64,000 nucleotides of DNA from Lytechinus pictus (lineage: Eukaryota), in assembly GCF_037042905.1 (NCBI RefSeq), contig NC_087246.1, forward strand, positions 18,600,001 to 18,664,000, given 5' to 3'. A program made the translations under genes and the position numbers. The notes below the pieces were generated by a model. It made no database searches. It had not been told where the DNA came from and worked only from the letters and a program-made list of their open reading frames with translations. This document shows positions 14,355 through 25,179 of the stretch, piece by piece. The stretch's first letter is position 1; every line of letters starts with the position of its first letter.

Positions 14355-15503
14355 ACAAGTGGAACGCCTCTGGCAGTCTCGCCTGCATTACGCAATTTAA
14401 TATAGCAGCAGTGCTAACTTTGAAAACTACTATAAAATAATCATTCACAAAAACATCATTCATATAATGACATAATACCACGTTCATTGACCATAAATGA
14501 CATTTGAACGGAGACTTAAGACTGTCAACTACACCCATGTCCACATTTCATTCACTCTATCCATAAACTTTTAAAGTTATGATGGCACTTCAACAATAAC
14601 CCCAACATGGCCTAAGTTTATTGACCTTAACTGACCTTTGACTTGGTTTTGTGACCTGAAACTCACAGGGGATGTTCAGTGATGCTTGATTACTCTTATA
14701 CCCCAAGTTTTATGAACTAGATCCATAAACTTTCAGAGTTAGGATGGTAATTCAACAAATACCCCCAACACGGCCAAAGTTCATTGACCTTTAATGACCT
14801 TTGACCATGGTCATGTGACCTGAAACTCGTACAGGACGTTCAGTGATACTTGATTACTCTTATGTCCAAGTTTTATGAACTAGATCCATAAACTTTCAGA
14901 GTTAGGATGGTAATTTAACATATACCCCCAACACGGCCAAAGTTCATTGACCTTAAATGACCATTGACCATGGTCATGTGACCTGAAACTCGCACAGGAT
15001 ATTCAGTGGTAATTGATTAACCTAATGTCTAAGTTTCATGAACTAAATCCATAAATTTTCAAAGTTATGATGGTAATTCAACAAATACCCCCAACTTGGC
15101 CAAAGTTCATTGACCCTAAATGACCTTTGACCTTGGTCATGTGACCTGAAACTCAGGCAGGATGTTCACTAATACTTGATTAACCTTATGTCCAAGTTTC
15201 ATGGACTAGATCCATAAATTTTCAAAGTTATGATAGTAATTCAACAAATACCCCCAACTTGACCAAAGTTCATTGACCCTAAATGACCTTTGACCTTGGT
15301 CATGTGACCTGAAACTCAGGCAGGATGTTCAGTAATACTTGATTAACCTTATGTCCAAGTTTCATGAACTAGGTCCATATACTTTCTAAGTTATGATGTC
15401 ATTTCAAAAACTTAACCTTAGGTTAAGATTTGATGTTGACGCCGCCGCCGCCGTCGGAAAAGCGGCGCCTATAGTCTCGCTCTGCTATGCAGGCGAGACA
15501 AAA
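14355..15503 (-). mobile_element. HINE/Helentron-like element containing about 5 x 163-bp tandem repeats
   Basis: Subterminal inverted repeats gtctcgcctgca / tgcaggcgagac; (gcc)n; cctgaaactc recurs at 14655, 14819, 14982, 15145 and 15308. Confidence 0.75.
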
Positions 15504-15720
15504 ATTGTCAGTGCATTAGGCCTGAAATATGTGATTGCATGTGTGTGTTTCTAGAGTCTGTATGTGTGCATGAGAATCCATTCATATTACTGAATAAGAA
15601 CATGGCAGTAAGATTACACAAACGGGTGAATCTGCATAAGGTGAATCTCTTTGGAACACTGAAATCTGTTTGACTTAGAGCAGATTGAATTACAATTGAT
15701 GCAAGCTATGCATTTTTAGG

Positions 15721-15838
15721 TCTCACAAATTGCTTTAGCTTAAGCAATAATTTGACTTTTGGAAGTTCAACATGCAGACTCTCACAAATTGCTTTAGCTT
15801 AAGCAATAATTTGACTTTTGGAAGTTCAACATGCAGAC
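15721..15838. repeat. Perfect 59-bp tandem duplication
   Basis: tctcacaaattgc...catgcagac occurs twice in a row. Confidence 0.9.
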
Positions 15839-16233
15839 TTACCTGTATCATGCACATCTCTAATGCAAGCCTATGAACACAAAGTCTAAAGACCTGTCTG
15901 GACCCAAAATTGAAATTGACAAATCCTATACCAATAAGCTACAATAAAGCCTATTTTTCAAACTAACTAGAGTTTTTCTGAAGCAACATGTTCAGCTGAC
16001 AAGCCGTTAATATTGGTGTGCTTTGTAGCGTATAGGACTTCCACATTTCAGTTTCAGCTTCAATTGGGGTTTTTAAAGGGTAATTTGTGTTCTTGTGTTA
16101 CTTACGCCCCCTACCCCAAATGGATTCTCTTGGCACCACATATGTCTGTTTGACTTTGGCAAAATTGGATATAGAAGATGATTAGTAATCAACACTTGCT
16201 TTGCATACTAAGGTACATTGAATAATACATTAC

Positions 16234-16355
16234 CTTTAGGTGGTACTACACAATGTGCAATAACATTTCTAAGACATCTGAGACCCTCTGAAATCTCTCG
16301 GTTCTGTTTCTTAGAAGGCTGTTCTTCTCCTGTTTTGTTGTCTATGGAATGACCT
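16234..16355 (-). CDS. MAPKAPK5: MAPKAPK5 exon 9 ((R)GHSIDNKTGEEQPSKKQNREISEGLRCLRNVIAHCVVPPK)
   Basis: Splice sites and phase fit; LRNVIAHCVVP resembles MK5 LRDVIAQCILP. Confidence 0.9.
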
Positions 16356-16907
16356 CTGACATAGGAAGTAAAAGAGCATGTGGAAAATTAACTTTGACAA
16401 ATCAAAAAGAACATCTTTTTATGATGACCGTAACCTGTAAAAACAATTTTCCTTTCTTCAGTATGCAAATTTGGTAGCGTTTCACGTAAGGACTTGTGGA
16501 ATGTTTAGTCCAGCATAGTCTATTACCAAAATGAAAGCTATGTTTTTGTCAATGTTGTGCTTGTATTGTGATCATAGGGTAATATGTTAAACTATTGAAT
16601 ATTGAATAAATCTCAGCCATGAAAAAAGAGAGCAATTAGCATTGTAGAAAGGCCTTTTGTATATAATAGTCTCCAAATTTTAGTATCTATAATACAAATA
16701 TTTCTAAAACGTTATAAAGCCCTGGTGCTTATTCAAAGGCACACTACATATCACCACAGCATTAGCTCCAAGGCCTGTTTCCAGCCATTGGTGCATTCAA
16801 GACATTAATTACGCCAATTCACCTAATCAGGGTCGAATACAGCACAATGTGGATAAAACTAGGTCAAATATATACATTTCAATATCAATGATAAAGGCTT
16901 TGAGTAC

Positions 16908-17038
16908 CTGCTGTGAATTCTTTTCCTGACGATAGGATTGTTAGCCTTAGCAACAGGTTTCAACGTGACTTTCTTTTCAGGTATTCTCATGGCAGTTAGC
17001 TGTTCACTGTGGGCCTGTTTAGCATTGTCAAGCATATT
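16908..17038 (-). CDS. MAPKAPK5: MAPKAPK5 exon 8 (NMLDNAKQAHSEQLTAMRIPEKKVTLKPVAKANNPIVRKRIHS)
   Basis: NES/NLS and MAPK-docking region of the MK family; splice sites fit. Confidence 0.93.
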
Positions 17039-17289
17039 CTGAAAAAGAGAAATGAAGATAGTTCACAGATACATTTAATAAAGTTTCAATATGGCAGTGC
17101 CAGGGGCTTTTGCTTGTTAGAATATTCCAACACATTAATGCCCAAAGTTCTTAAAAATCAAGATCATCCCTACACAGAGTTGAATTATAATCATTAAAGC
17201 ATGATTTCATCATAGTTAGAAAAAGTAGTAAATTTATAACATTTTCAATATCTGCTAATTTTGCACAAAATTACTACTACTAAATTGGA

Positions 17290-17795
17290 AATGATTTCAT
17301 GAGTTCAAAGCAGGTGAATTTCTTACTAGATTGATAGTAATTCTACCCTATTTATCATGATAGCAGGTAAAAATTTTCGTAAATATTTTTATTTTATTTT
17401 TTTTTTATTTATGTTTTTATTGATAAATCTTCAACATACAAATCATTTACATCAAATTCCACTATAAAAGTTACAAAAAAAAAAATCAAAAATCAACCAA
17501 AATATATACAAGGGATTGGAATTTTCGTAAATAGTAACTTTACCCTATAATCATGAGAGCAGGTGAATTTCTTCCTACATTGGTAAAGGTAAATTGGTCA
17601 CAATTTTACCTATCTATATGGATAGAAGGTGAATTTCTTACTCAATTGATAGTAATTTTACCCAACTATCATGAGAGCAGGTGAAATTCTAATTAAAAAG
17701 TGGTAGTGATTTCATCCTATCTAACACCATAGCAGGTGAATTTCTTAAAGTGATAATGATTTTACCCTATCTAGCATTATTGCAGGAGAATGCAA
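17290..17795 (-). repeat. Degenerate 50-66 bp tandem repeat that includes the 3-prime end and donor of MK5 exon 7
   Basis: gcaggtgaatttctt-like cores at about 17310, 17363, 17559, 17625, 17677, 17732 and 17782 (exonic). Confidence 0.7.
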
Positions 17796-17886
17796 CTCCG
17801 TGTTTGGTGCTGAATTCTCTTTCAGCCAGGGATGTGAGCAGAGTTCTTCAATGTTAAGTCTCTCTGATGGATCAACCTTCAGTAAC
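17766..17886 (-). CDS. MAPKAPK5: MAPKAPK5 exon 7 ((R)LLKVDPSERLNIEELCSHPWLKENSAPNTELHSPAIMLDR)
   Basis: Kinase subdomain XI and HPW; splice sites and phase fit. Confidence 0.93.
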
Positions 17887-18792
17887 CTGGCAAGTAAATG
17901 AGTAAAATATCATTTCATGAATTACTTTCAATTCATTGATTGATTGATTGATTGAATTTATTTTTTCTTCATTTCAAACAAATTGACAAAGTAAGTAGGA
18001 ACAAAACACAATATGAATAACAGAAATTCATTTTGTAAAGCTATTCATTTTCATTTGAATAAGATGTATGAGTAAAATGCTCACAAAAGAAACCTGAAAC
18101 CACGCTATCCGATCCCTTGTAAACAGTAGATCAGATCATTTATACTTCCTGTTAATTAAAATGAATTAATTTCATATTTTTCATGATATCATTGATTTTC
18201 TAATTTATGATATTCTATCTTGAGTATTTAGTTTCATAATAAAGGCTTTGGTTTTATGCTTTATCTTTATCATTTTCGCTATCTATAATTGTCATTTTAT
18301 TTGTCTTCGTGCTATATTTGTTACCAGCATTCCCAGTGCATTGAGTGGTTTGGCGGAGGGACCATTCGGTTACAGTGATTAACTTTACTCTCCTCTTCCC
18401 TGGCCGCCAACTGATTGATGCACTGGGCTAACTGCTACCAAATATTGCATTTTTATGATATTCTATGTAATTTTATATAATACTATTTGTTTTTGTAAAT
18501 TGAATGTGTTTGAAGTGTCAAATAAATAAATAAACCTGTACAAATATACATGTATATATATTTTTGCTAGTGCATGTAAAGATAGATATCTACAACAAAA
18601 GTTTAACCCCACCACAAAATGAACATATTTAAAGTGTTCAAGTTCTGCCATTGTGAAGTCGAGTGATAATATATTACATTCAATAAAGATTGTAGGGTTG
18701 TTTTCTAAATTCAACACTCAGCATGAAGGAGTGAATTTTATGATGGGGGTTCACAAACTTTTGAGCATAACTGTATTTCTTCTACAATCTAC

Positions 18793-18980
18793 CTTTTGAC
18801 AACATCTTTAGCCTCATCTGATATAAGTGACCATTCTTCTGTAGGGAATTCATATTGGCCAGCCATGATCTTGTGTCTCATGTCCTTTGAGAGTTGTCTG
18901 CTGGGTGTGTCTGGATAGAAAGGTGGATAGCCACACAGCATGATGTAGATTATCACTCCAAGAGACCACATATCACATCC
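18793..18980 (-). CDS. MAPKAPK5: MAPKAPK5 exon 6 (GCDMWSLGVIIYIMLCGYPPFY...AKDVVK)
   Basis: Overlaps ORF 18789..18971; kinase subdomains IX-X. Confidence 0.95.
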
Positions 18981-19101
18981 CTAGAAAGTCAATAATAAAA
19001 ACAAAGTAATGATGACAAGCAGTTGGGAAGAAATAGGAAAGGGAGGAAGAGGAGGCAATGGAGGAAAGGGAGGAATATATTCACTTGGTCTACCAGCACC
19101 A

Positions 19102-19406
19102 GGGGCCCGTTTAATAAAGAGTTGCAACTGTTGTAACTTTGCCATTATGGCAACTACCATGGTAACCTTGATTTTGTTTGGCTGCTGAGCCCTGTTGCCA
19201 TGGTAGTTGCCTTAATGGCAAAGTTAGAACAGTTGTAACTCTTTATGCAACGGGCAACTGGGCCCGTCGCATAAAAGCATTATTATAGTAACTCTGCCAT
19301 CCAATGGTATCTTTAATGGAATCCTTGATTTTGATTGGCTGATTACCATGGTAGTTACAATTGGATGGCAGAGTTACTATAATAAAAACCTTTATGCAAC
19401 AGGGTC
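19102..19406. mobile_element. Two abutting hairpin MITEs
   Basis: Two ggcccg...cggg-type inverted units joined at ctg near 19258. Confidence 0.7.
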
Positions 19407-20057
19407 TATTTATCAGAAGGTCTAATACCACATGGGTTAAACCAATGTCTACTATCAATCTAGTCTTATTGTTGTTTGGTCTACATATTTACATTACACT
19501 TGGTCTAATGGTATTTAGTCTAATTCTCATTTAGTCTAATACCTAGTTAGTCTAATTTACTTTTTCAACATTCATTTGTTACTTTGTCAAAAGAAAATTT
19601 GGTTCATGAACAGTTCATCGAACCATACAGACTAGGTGGTGTCAGAATCTACAAGATTCCAACAAAAAGAGTAAAAAAAAGTTAAGCTGCCCAAGTGATT
19701 TTTTTTTTGTCTTTGTTGGTATACAACCACTTCTGCAGCATGACTGGAACTAAATCAAGATAAAATCTTTGTAAAAGGTTTTAAACAAATATTTTACCAG
19801 AGAGGTCAAGAGTTTGTAACAACAACATAACAATGAGAAGGCACTAAATCTTAACAAATTAAAAAGAATCAATCAATGAAAACAATGGTCGCTGCACTAC
19901 GGTAAGATTTGAATATTATTATAGTCCACATAATTTACATAATTAACTCTTTACCAAAACTTTACACAGGCTTTAACAATCAAACTACTATACACTGCTG
20001 TACCCCAGAATGCAGACAAATTAGTAAATAAAGAAAGCATGATATTTGACAGATTAC

Positions 20058-20138
20058 CTTATCATATGTATATGGTCTTGGCGAGGTTTGGATTAGGTTT
20101 TTCTGTTCTCGTCTCTGTCTTTTTTGTGCTTCAAGGAC
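20058..20138 (-). CDS. MAPKAPK5: MAPKAPK5 exon 5 (VLEAQKRQRREQKNLIQTSPRPYTYDK)
   Basis: Matches the MK5-specific kinase insert; splice sites fit. Confidence 0.93.
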
Positions 20139-20274
20139 CTGCTCAACAAAAACAGATATTTCTATAATTAAATCACTATACAGTCAGATGATCTGTAAAA
20201 CATCAGCCATTAAATTTTAATATTTATAGGGGAAGGCCATTCTTCCTTAGGGTACATTTCTACATTACTACAGT

Positions 20275-20715
20275 TAATATGACACCTAGATAGATCCTTG
20301 TCATTTTATTGGTTGTTTGATATCGATCATTCAGGCCATTTTACAATGACGTCACCATCCTTGCAATTTTGGATCCATTCATCGTGCAATTTTGGATCCA
20401 TACGATTTTGTCCATTGCATGCGCGCACCCAGACTACATACACCACTCGTGTTTGCAGCGCGCATGTTGTACATGTATGTACGCGATAATCAACAGACCA
20501 AGCTCGCACTGCATGAGCACATTTTGCATCAAAATTAATAAATTTCATATGAAAAAGAATATATATTTTAGGTGTCATATAAACCAAATAATGAATGCTC
20601 TTTTCATTCGTGCAATGGACAGAATACTTCATTTACACCTCGTTGAATGGATCATTCATTTCATATTTCACCTCATGAAGTATTCTGTCCATTGCACTCA
20701 TTCATCACTTGTATA
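20275..20715. mobile_element. Repeat element with two pairs of inverted repeats, family unassigned
   Basis: atatgacaccta / taggtgtcatat, and a 23-bp gtgcaatggacagaatacttcat inverted pair. Confidence 0.5.
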
Positions 20716-21444
20716 ATATTAATGAGAAAATTAAAAGGGTCCAATAATTCTCCAAAGCCAATGGGAAGGGCATGAAGGCCATTCAAAAGGACAGCCATGT
20801 CCATGGCATTCAATGTCATTGGATTAACATAATTCCTTAATTATAAACAGTAAGTTATTGTAAGCATCATATTCACAAATATTCATTGCACTGGTTTCTT
20901 ACTTTTTTTTCAGTAGAACCTTGGCAGGAAAATATTCAAATCTGTGACTATGCTACCATCTTTATTAGAATAAAAGCAAACTGAATAGAATCATAATGGT
21001 TTCATAGTAATCATACGATTCACAACAATTTTAACCGGTTTGTCCTTTACTCCAAAATAAAGGCTTGCAATCATCCAAAATTGCTATATTAGTTTTCCTA
21101 AAGTTAATTTGAACATCAGATAAAAAGATAATTTTCATTCACATTTTCAGAAAATAAGCAAAATAAGTGTGATTCCTACCAAAATAGGATCGTTCAGCTA
21201 CCTTGTCAAAAATCAAAGACACATCGTTCACACAGTAATCCCTCAAGAGCCTTTTCATTACCAATGCTCACATGCCATCACAGAAAAATCCAATAGGGAA
21301 TACAGTAAAGCCGCTACATGAAGAGATGCCTAGGTCCTTTACAGTTGCATTCCTGATACATTATGTGGCACAGGCTTTTGACAAGGTAACTTATCTTTAA
21401 TGTCATGGGATTTCCAATGCTCTACAGAGGAAGTTAATAGGGAG

Positions 21445-21707
21445 TTTTTGCTTTTACTACGGGGAGACTCTCAACAACGCATCGATTCCTTTAAAAATGC
21501 AATTGAAATCACAATGGAGAGCTGAGAGGCTTTTATCGAAAGTTGGTGGACTGGGACAGCAGATCTGAGGATGTGCCGCGAAAGATCAATTGCAAATAGG
21601 TCGATGTCAATAGTCAAGAGAATCCAATGCTCTTCATTGTGATTTGATTTGAATTTTCAAAGGAATTGGGTGTGTTGTTGAGAGTTTCAGCGTAGTGAAA
21701 GCGAAAA
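21445..21707. repeat. Imperfect inverted repeat with about 78-bp arms at the start of MK5 intron 4
   Basis: Arms 21445-21522 and 21629-21707. Confidence 0.85.
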
Positions 21708-21718
21708 GTCTGGAATAC

Positions 21719-21814
21719 CTGAGGTGCCACATAATATGGAGTAAAGTGAGGTGTCATCAATGTTCCGTCATCAACCTTTGCAAATCCAAAGTCTGAAAGC
21801 TTGACCGGTGAATC
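21719..21814 (-). CDS. MAPKAPK5: MAPKAPK5 exon 4 (DSPVKLSDFGFAKVDDGTLMTPHFTPYYVAPQ)
   Basis: DFG motif, activation-loop LMTP and the MK5-typical APQ in place of APE. Confidence 0.96.
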
Positions 21815-22387
21815 CTACATTTATAAGATGAAAACAATAGCGCATGATGCACAAGTGATTTGATGACAGCGTCCATAATAAGCACAATTTTATGTAAATG
21901 TTGGAATAAATACAATTTATATTGACAGTATGTTGATAAGTACATAATGGTAGCCATTAATACAATATAACTCTAACATTTATATGCCTGATAATCTCCA
22001 ACTCAATTACTTACTATTTTACCAAACATACCACTGATGTAAGAAATCAAATTTAGTTACATTAGGATCTTAAGCAATATCCTATCCATTAAAATTAACA
22101 ATTATTTTAATCAATGTAACAATTACTTTGTTCTAATGGGAAAAATCTAATAAGAAAAACTAATGAACCATACAAAATAATATTGAAAACAGTGATTTGA
22201 CTTTCCAACATGTTGCTATTTCAAATCAAGAATCTATACGTCATAGATCCCTAAGATAGATCACTATGATAGATATGTTATCATGAAAGAGGGTAGTGAT
22301 AATCTCCAATCATTTAGTGCATTTTCTATGAACCACAAAAAGGGATTGCTTTTCTAAAAACTTTATCTTTAATTCGAAGTACTGTAC

Positions 22388-22477
22388 CTCAGAGTTGTCT
22401 TTAAGAAGAAGGTTCTCTGGTTTCAAGTCTCTATGAGCAATGTTTAAATTGTGACATCTTAATACAGCCGATGCAAT
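22388..22477 (-). CDS. MAPKAPK5: MAPKAPK5 exon 3 (IASAVLRCHNLNIAHRDLKPENLLLKDNSE)
   Basis: HRDLKPEN catalytic loop; splice sites fit. Confidence 0.96.
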
Positions 22478-22682
22478 CTAAACAGAAAATAAAAACAAAT
22501 AAAACATTATTTAAACTGCTTTTCCTCTAACTTTATTGAAAAGAGCCTGGATAAAATTTGTGACAATATCAGGTATTAATTTTTACTTAAAGGTGAAAAG
22601 GTGTCAATTTTCATCAAGAATTTGCCGGTATCAAGTTCTATGACCAATCCATGTTATATATTCTCCTCCTTGTGTCATATGA

Positions 22683-22828
22683 GGCCTGTTTCATAAAGAG
22701 TTACAACTGTGGTAACATTGTCAACTACCAAGGAAACATGACCCAGCAGCTAATCACAATCAAGGCTTCAATGTTAGTTCCCATAATGACAAAGTTACCA
22801 TAGTAGTAATTTCTTATGAAACGGTCCC
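22683..22828. mobile_element. Degenerate hairpin MITE
   Basis: ggcctgtttcataaagagttacaac...ttatgaaacggtccc. Confidence 0.55.
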
Positions 22829-23212
22829 TGGTTAAGTCATTATGCGCCCCTCCTCCAAAATTTGAAAAATCCAGCAAACGAATGCTTGTGATCCAACTTG
22901 ATACCAGTACAAGATAACAACATAAGTCCCGGATATGTAGATAATGCATGTTACAGACTGAGGTTTCTTTTGCTTCTGAACACAAAATTTGGTATCATCA
23001 AATTTGTACCGGTAATTCATGCTACATTCACCATACGAACGATTTCATACCATTTCTTGCTATGTATAAATATTGTTCATACGGCGATCGTAATGGTATT
23101 TGTGACTGTAGCATAACATGTATTTGATATAAAAGGTGAAGGCAGTTCAAGACACAGTGGAAAAATCATCCAGACATAAATCATGTGATGTAAATTCCAT
23201 TAAACGTCATAC

Positions 23213-23569
23213 CTGTTTGGTCAGAATGACTGCCTGCCTTTCAGTAAATCTTTTCTGCTTGCTGATCCGATCAAACAACTCCCCACCATCCATCAGCTCC
23301 ATCACGACCAGAAGGCGACTTCTTGGGGCAGGTTCTCCCGGGAACTGGACCTCGTTAGAATAGACCTCGACAATCTTCACAATGTTAGGATGACCACTGC
23401 AACGAGAATGAAGGTTGACCTCTGCCCTTGCACTTGGTTTATCGGTGAGAAGCTTGAGAGCGAACCTTTCCTCGCTTATCTTATGTTGGCATGGCCTGAC
23501 TGGTCCGTTGATCCCTGTACCAAGTTTTTGAGTCCAATCTATTGTGTACTCCTCTAGGATAGAGACAGT
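23213..23569 (-). CDS. MAPKAPK5: MAPKAPK5 exon 2 (TVSILEEYTIDWTQKLGTGINGPVR...ILTKQ)
   Basis: 119 open codons between cag and gtatg; kinase N-lobe with FALK and GGELFDRI. Confidence 0.96.
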
Positions 23570-23589
23570 CTGTACAAGATGGAGAGCAT

Positions 23590-24101
23590 TGATATTTTGA
23601 TGTTATTTCATCAAAATCAGATGTAAAATAAGTTATGACATTTTAAAGTTTTGCTTTACTTTTCGCAAAACAACAACTCACCGACATGTAGTTTATGACA
23701 GTCAAAGATGTCCCTCACTCACTTTTTCTTGCTGTTTGAATTATACAATATTTCACTTTTTTACAGATTTGACGATAAGGACCAACTTGACTGAAGCATA
23801 ATATGTTGAAACAATGCAAATTCTACATTTTCAGGAGGAATTAATCATTGTTTCACTTGAAAATGAGGATAAAATAAGAATATTTCATACAATGAAATAC
23901 AAAACAAATAGTGAGTGGGTGCGGTAATCAGTCTCCTTATTTGCATATCGACAAGAATGTGCATAGAACTATTTTGTGAAATCAAGCGAAAATGTAACTT
24001 TTTTATTTTACATCCAATTTTGATGAAATTTTCAGTGTTGTGCTTCTTTGATTTTTTTTCTTTTTATTCAAATCAACTTCCTGTTGGGGTGGACTTGTCC
24101 T
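23590..24101. mobile_element. Partial Kolobok-like non-autonomous element
   Basis: Right end ggggtggacttgtcct followed by ttaa; body resembles the element at 49458-49986. Confidence 0.5.
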
Positions 24102-25179
24102 TTAACTTAAGCTTTGTGCAAAGCACCGGCACTAGTCCTATGGGAGACTTCCGTCTGTGTAGCAGGCGGACTATAAAAAAAATCTGAAAATGTTTAAAAA
24201 CTCCCACAAAACAGCAGATTTTTCAGTCTAAGATTTGACCAATGGATAAAACTTGTTTAGGAATTAGGGTGGGTTTGTAAAACCATGGATTTCTAGTAGG
24301 TCCATGGTAACACCTGTGCCTGTGGTCACGTGTGTCTACAATACATTTAAGTGGCCCTTAGCCTGAGGATAGGGATTGAGCAGACCTGGGGGACCTTGGT
24401 CAGCTATCCCCCACACACTTTCAGCGGCATTACCGTGAAATTGGGAACCACCGTTCACTTCGTACAGGCTACAGCAGTGCTGAGTGCTTTATTTAGTCAC
24501 ACGCATGGTTCCCTATTTCCACCTCCATTCACTTTGTACACAAGTGTGTCCGTACAAATCGACAAGTGGTTCCAAAACCAATATTTGGGGCAAAATCATG
24601 ATATACATGTAGTCTCCAAATCCAAAAATGGAGATTATTAGAATCACACCTACCAGAACAAATGAAAATCACTTTCTTTCTCCAGAACACAGTCCCCAAA
24701 TCTCGCGCAGCTCTATAACTTGTGAACTGATAACACACACAAATGAAACACACACTGTATACACAGGGTTCTCTCCCTATAATATACTCATGATACCCTC
24801 CCCACTCTACGGAAAATCAAGTTTGATTTTCACGGCATTGGGGACAGTATTGCTATACTCGTGGTACAGTCCTCACGATACAGGATACACAGTTCGTTTT
24901 GCACGCAGTGGGGACAGTTCCAACAGTATAGCTATACTCATGATACAGTCCGCACGCTATGGGATACACAGTTCATTTTTGCAAACAGTAATACTCATGA
25001 TACCGTCCCATGAAATCGTGCTCGTTCGCCAATGGGATGGGGAGACTCCCAATGCAATGTGACAAGGAATGATCGAGGAAGAAATAGACTTCCACAAACT
25101 TCAGGGGCAGGGATCACCAGGAAAAGTGTGCCCCTTTAAACTAAATCACTGTAGACTCATTCACAACGTTTGGTATAAT

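Noticed and set aside
21170-21720. Telomerase RNA, snoRNA or coding extension as the explanation for the structured intron
   Set aside because: I saw no CTAACCCT template and no convincing C/D or H/ACA layout. Read-through from exon 4 stops after about 34 codons with no recognisable similarity.
24351-25145. ORFs of 96 and 144 aa with atactcatgatac repeats
   Set aside because: They look like transposon subterminal repeats; there are no protein motifs and I could not define termini.
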